Origin: Blepharisma stoltei ATCC 30299
Lineage: Eukaryota; Protista; Ciliophora
Assembly (NCBI GenBank): GCA_965603825.1
Contig: CBFDEM010000026.1
Location: 70,310-134,309, forward strand
Direction of reading: 5' to 3'
Length of the DNA: 64,000 nt
This document shows positions 60,609-64,000 of this stretch, piece by piece. Made by a program: the position numbers and the translations under genes. Each line of letters starts with the position of its first letter. Within the stretch, counting starts at the first letter, position 1. The notes beneath the pieces are model-generated. The model was not told the origin of the DNA and made no database searches. It saw only the letters and a program-made list of their open reading frames with translations.

Positions 60609-63212
60609 TTATAATGGCTTATTATAACCAAATTTTATTCTAAATCTGCTTTTTTGGCGTAGTTCAATACGATCTTGGCCTAATAAGTCGTTAATAAAAT
60701 TGATTTCTTTTTCAGAAAGGTTCCATTCATTCCTAGTGATAAAAACATTTTCTTGATTTTTTCCTCTCAAATTATAAGCCCTATTAAAGTCCTGCAAAGC
60801 TGCTACTTCTTTTCTGAGATTATTAAATACTCTAGCTCGGTTGCAGAAATGCAAAGGATTATTGGGTTCAAGTATCATTGCCTTATTATAGCATTGTATT
60901 GCTTCTTGATATCTCTCTAAAACATAAAGAGTAGTGCCTTTATCATTATAATACTTGGCTTTATATGGCTTGATTTTGATTGCTTCTTCATAGCTTTCTA
61001 ATGCTTCTGGATATCTTCCTAATTCATTTAAAGCATATCCTTTCTTATAGTAGGAATCAGAATTGCTCGGATTGAGTTTGATTGCTTCTTCATGGCATTC
61101 GATTGCTTCTAGATATCTTCCTAAACTATAAAAAGCATCGCCTTTATTATTGTATAAATCAGCGTCGTTTGGATTGAATTTGATTGCTTCATCATAGCAT
61201 TTGATTGCTTCTAGGTATCTTTTTAGATCATAAAAGGCTTTGCCTTTATTATTGTAGAAATTAGCCTCTTTTTGATTGAGTATGATTGCTCTTTCATAGC
61301 ATTTGATTGCTTCTCGGTATCTTTTTATATCATAAAAAGCTTTTCCTTTATTATTGTAATAATTAGCATTTTTTGGATTGATTTTGATTACTTGGTCAAT
61401 GCATTCGATTTCTTCTAGATTTTTTCCTAAATCGCTTAAAGCAATTCCTTTTGCATTGCACTCATTTAGATAATAAGGATCGATCTTATTCTGCTTAAAT
61501 CATCTTATTGCTTCAATCTTGTTGCCTACTCTTTTAATTGAGACATGTGTATTATAATAAGCAACATCAATAATGTTTTTTTGTCATAAATTAAAATAAT
61601 AATATTCTCTAGCTGATGAAGATGCGGAAATAGTTGAGATGCATATAAATCCTTTATTATATGAACAATAAATTTGATCAGGAACACAATTGATTTTTGA
61701 TTCTGATATTCTCCTCCAATTCAAGTAGCTTCCAATTTCGCTTTCATAGATTGATCCATTAGGACATTCAATCAGATACAGTCTCTTTTCATTTATCAGG
61801 ATCTTTCTTTTATGCGCTGTGAACTCATAAGGAATTGTCGAGAAAGAGTTAATATCAATTGAGTATAGCAAAAGATTTCTATTTATAACTCCAGAAATCA
61901 AAATATTTCCATTAAATATTATACTATTGCATCCATAATCAGCTCTTGGCATTGGAGTTAATTGTATTCATCGATTTTGATCCAAATCAAATCTTATGGA
62001 TAGAGATAAATCTTTGAGTTCATTATTAAATCCTCCAAAGCAATAGACACTGTTTTTGAAATAGATACATGATGAGTATCCGCAAGGAGTTCCAGATGGC
62101 AGAATTTCAGCTTCACCATCCGCATCAATCAGCACTGTAATTCCAGATTTTCAGCCATTGCCAAAACAGAATAGCTTACCATTTGGAACTTGAGTTATGC
62201 AAGTGACTGAGTCTAGTGAATTTTTTTTGTTCTGCAAGAATATGTCTTCTAGGGTTTCAGTTTCACTGTTATAAATGTGCAAATAAACTCTGTTGTGATT
62301 ATCTTTTGCAATATTATAAAGAGATGTCTTTTGTTGATAAGCTTTAAGATAATCTTGGTAAGCTTGCATTAGTGGTGGATCATGAAGGCTAGAATGGGTC
62401 TGAATTGCTGAACAAGTTGCTCTGAAATCTTTTTCTAATTTTGGATTGTTTGGTCTACTCAAAATCTCCGCTGTTTTATTTCTTAAGATGTCTATATCGT
62501 TTAAAGCACTTTCTGTTTTATTGGGAACTCTCTTGAGATCATTAGCAGCATTGCTTATGTGAGAATTAAGCAAGCTTGCTTTAACGTTTGCTGACTCTAT
62601 ACTTGTTGGCTTGCTAGTTTTATTATGCATTACAGATGCATTTTGCATATCCCTTTTTTCTAGATATGCCTTAAATATTTCTGTAAAGAAGGATCTATTT
62701 AGACTCTCTAACTTTTGGTTAAATATATAAAACAGCTTTGCACCGTTGTATCAATCTCTGCTAGCTATAGTCATCAATTTCATTTTCTCAATAGCTTCTT
62801 GAGGCTGTAAACTCAATAATCTTAAAATTGGATCTTGTTCTGACTTTAATAAATTTGTAGCTTGGGAAATCTTTGCAAAGAAATGATTTATTTCATCTAC
62901 ATAGCAATCCAACTTGCTTAAAAAATCCCCTAAATCTTTCTCTGAATTGGAAAGACACTGGCTGCTGGAATCTATAATTATTTTTCGTAACTCGCTAAAT
63001 TTTGAATTTTCTTTTGTAAGGAATTCAAGGATTGCTTCTTTTGTCCCTTCACAAGGCTGCATAAAAATTGATTCAACATTATGAACTCTATTAGGCAATT
63101 TTTCATGCTCTCCAATATGTTCTATGCACAACAAAGTTTCAGGAAAAGAGCATTTGCATGCATACTCAACCTCATTCATACACCCTGGCTTGAAGCATTT
63201 CTTCGCCATCAT
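60609..63212 (-). CDS. Cys/His-rich (B-box-like) N-terminus + coiled-coil + Kelch + TPR-repeat protein (about 867 aa)
   Basis: Four track ORFs join in frame through TGA=W. CFKPGC...CKC....LLCIEHIGEH; Kelch motifs; six to seven 34-aa TPRs (YNNKGKAFYD.KRY.EAIKCY..AI..NP). An alternative upstream ATG exists at 63311. Confidence 0.85.
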
Positions 63213-63600
63213 ATAATAATTACGAAATAGATAAGTTTTAAAGCCATTTTCATTTGAACCCTTCTTCAAATAAATCCTAAATAGTCTTATATAAAAATTC
63301 AATTCTGACATTATCTTGGTATTTCTTCAATCAACTACTTACGCGCTTGCAAATTATCTTTTACAAGCTTATTCAAAATGTTGATAACTCAAAATAGATC
63401 AAGATAATTATAGATTTTTTTTATGATCAATTGATCAAGCGCATGCACTCTCAGAACTATAAATTGTTATGCACACATTAGGCTTTAGCATTAAGCTATT
63501 AATTCATGAGTAGAGACTGAGAGATTATTAGTGATTAATTCAAAATTTAATAAATACTTAAATATTTATAGCAATATGGAATCAAGCCAAAATCAAATCA

Positions 63601-64000
63601 GGGTGTTAGGGTGTTAGGGTGTTAGGGTGTTAGGGTGTTAGGGTGTTAGGGTGTTAGGGTGTTAGGGTGTTAGGGTGTTAGGGTGTTAGGGTGTTAGGGT
63701 GTTAGGGTGTTAGGGTGTTAGGGTGTTAGGGTGTTAGGGTGTTAGGGTGTTAGGGTGTTAGGGTGTTAGGGTGTTAGGGTGTTAGGGTGTTAGGGTGTTA
63801 GGGTGTTAGGGTGTTAGGGTGTTAGGGTGTTAGGGTGTTAGGGTGTTAGGGTGTTAGGGTGTTAGGGTGTTAGGGTGTTAGGGTGTTAGGGTGTTAGGGT
63901 GTTAGGGTGTTAGGGTGTTAGGGTGTTAGGGTGTTAGGGTGTTAGGGTGTTAGGGTGTTAGGGTGTTAGGGTGTTAGGGTGTTAGGGTGTTAGGGTGTTA
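63601..64000 (+). repeat. Telomeric repeat (GGGTGTTA)50 = (CCCTAACA)n
   Basis: Perfect 8-nt tandem repeat running to the window end with the G-rich strand 5'->3' outward. CCCTAACA is the known Blepharisma/Stentor telomere unit. Confidence 0.97.

Noticed and set aside
1170-63212. TGA as selenocysteine, or as true stops implying mass pseudogenisation
   Set aside because: TGA aligns with Trp/TGG in paralogues and conserved motifs, not with Cys.
63601-64000. CRISPR array or satellite
   Set aside because: Spacer-less 8-mer at the sequence end matching a known ciliate telomere.

Overview
AT-rich eukaryotic sequence: the right end of a heterotrich ciliate macronuclear chromosome, most likely Blepharisma. 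The evidence is in-frame TGA at conserved Trp positions (UGA=Trp, with TAA/TAG as the only stops), 15-16 nt GT...AG introns, and a terminal (GGGTGTTA)n = (CCCTAACA)n telomere. The supplied standard-code ORF track therefore splits most genes. Left part (1.2-17.2 kb): a tandem array of about 11 genes, pseudogenes and fragments encoding an N-terminal U-box fused to an apolipoprotein-L-like helical/hydrophobic domain; one copy is interrupted by a 214-bp IES-like insert with a 9-bp TA-containing direct repeat. Middle (17-38 kb): mostly single-copy genes (SPF27, EF-hand proteins, an ATG27/M6PR-like membrane protein, a mucolipin channel, a divergent histone H3, tRNA-Ile, a ~2400-aa TRANK1-like helicase, a DHHC palmitoyltransferase, a degenerate Rab-like GTPase, a UBL protein). 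Subtelomeric part (39.6-63.2 kb): five receptor-like genes with a pepsin-fold ectodomain lacking both catalytic Asp, a Ser/Gly/Asn stalk, one TM helix and different cytoplasmic domains (Kelch, Kelch, short tail, complete RBR E3 ligase, RING), followed by Kelch, U-box-Kelch and Kelch-TPR genes and the telomere. All family assignments come from motif recognition by eye; no database searches were run.
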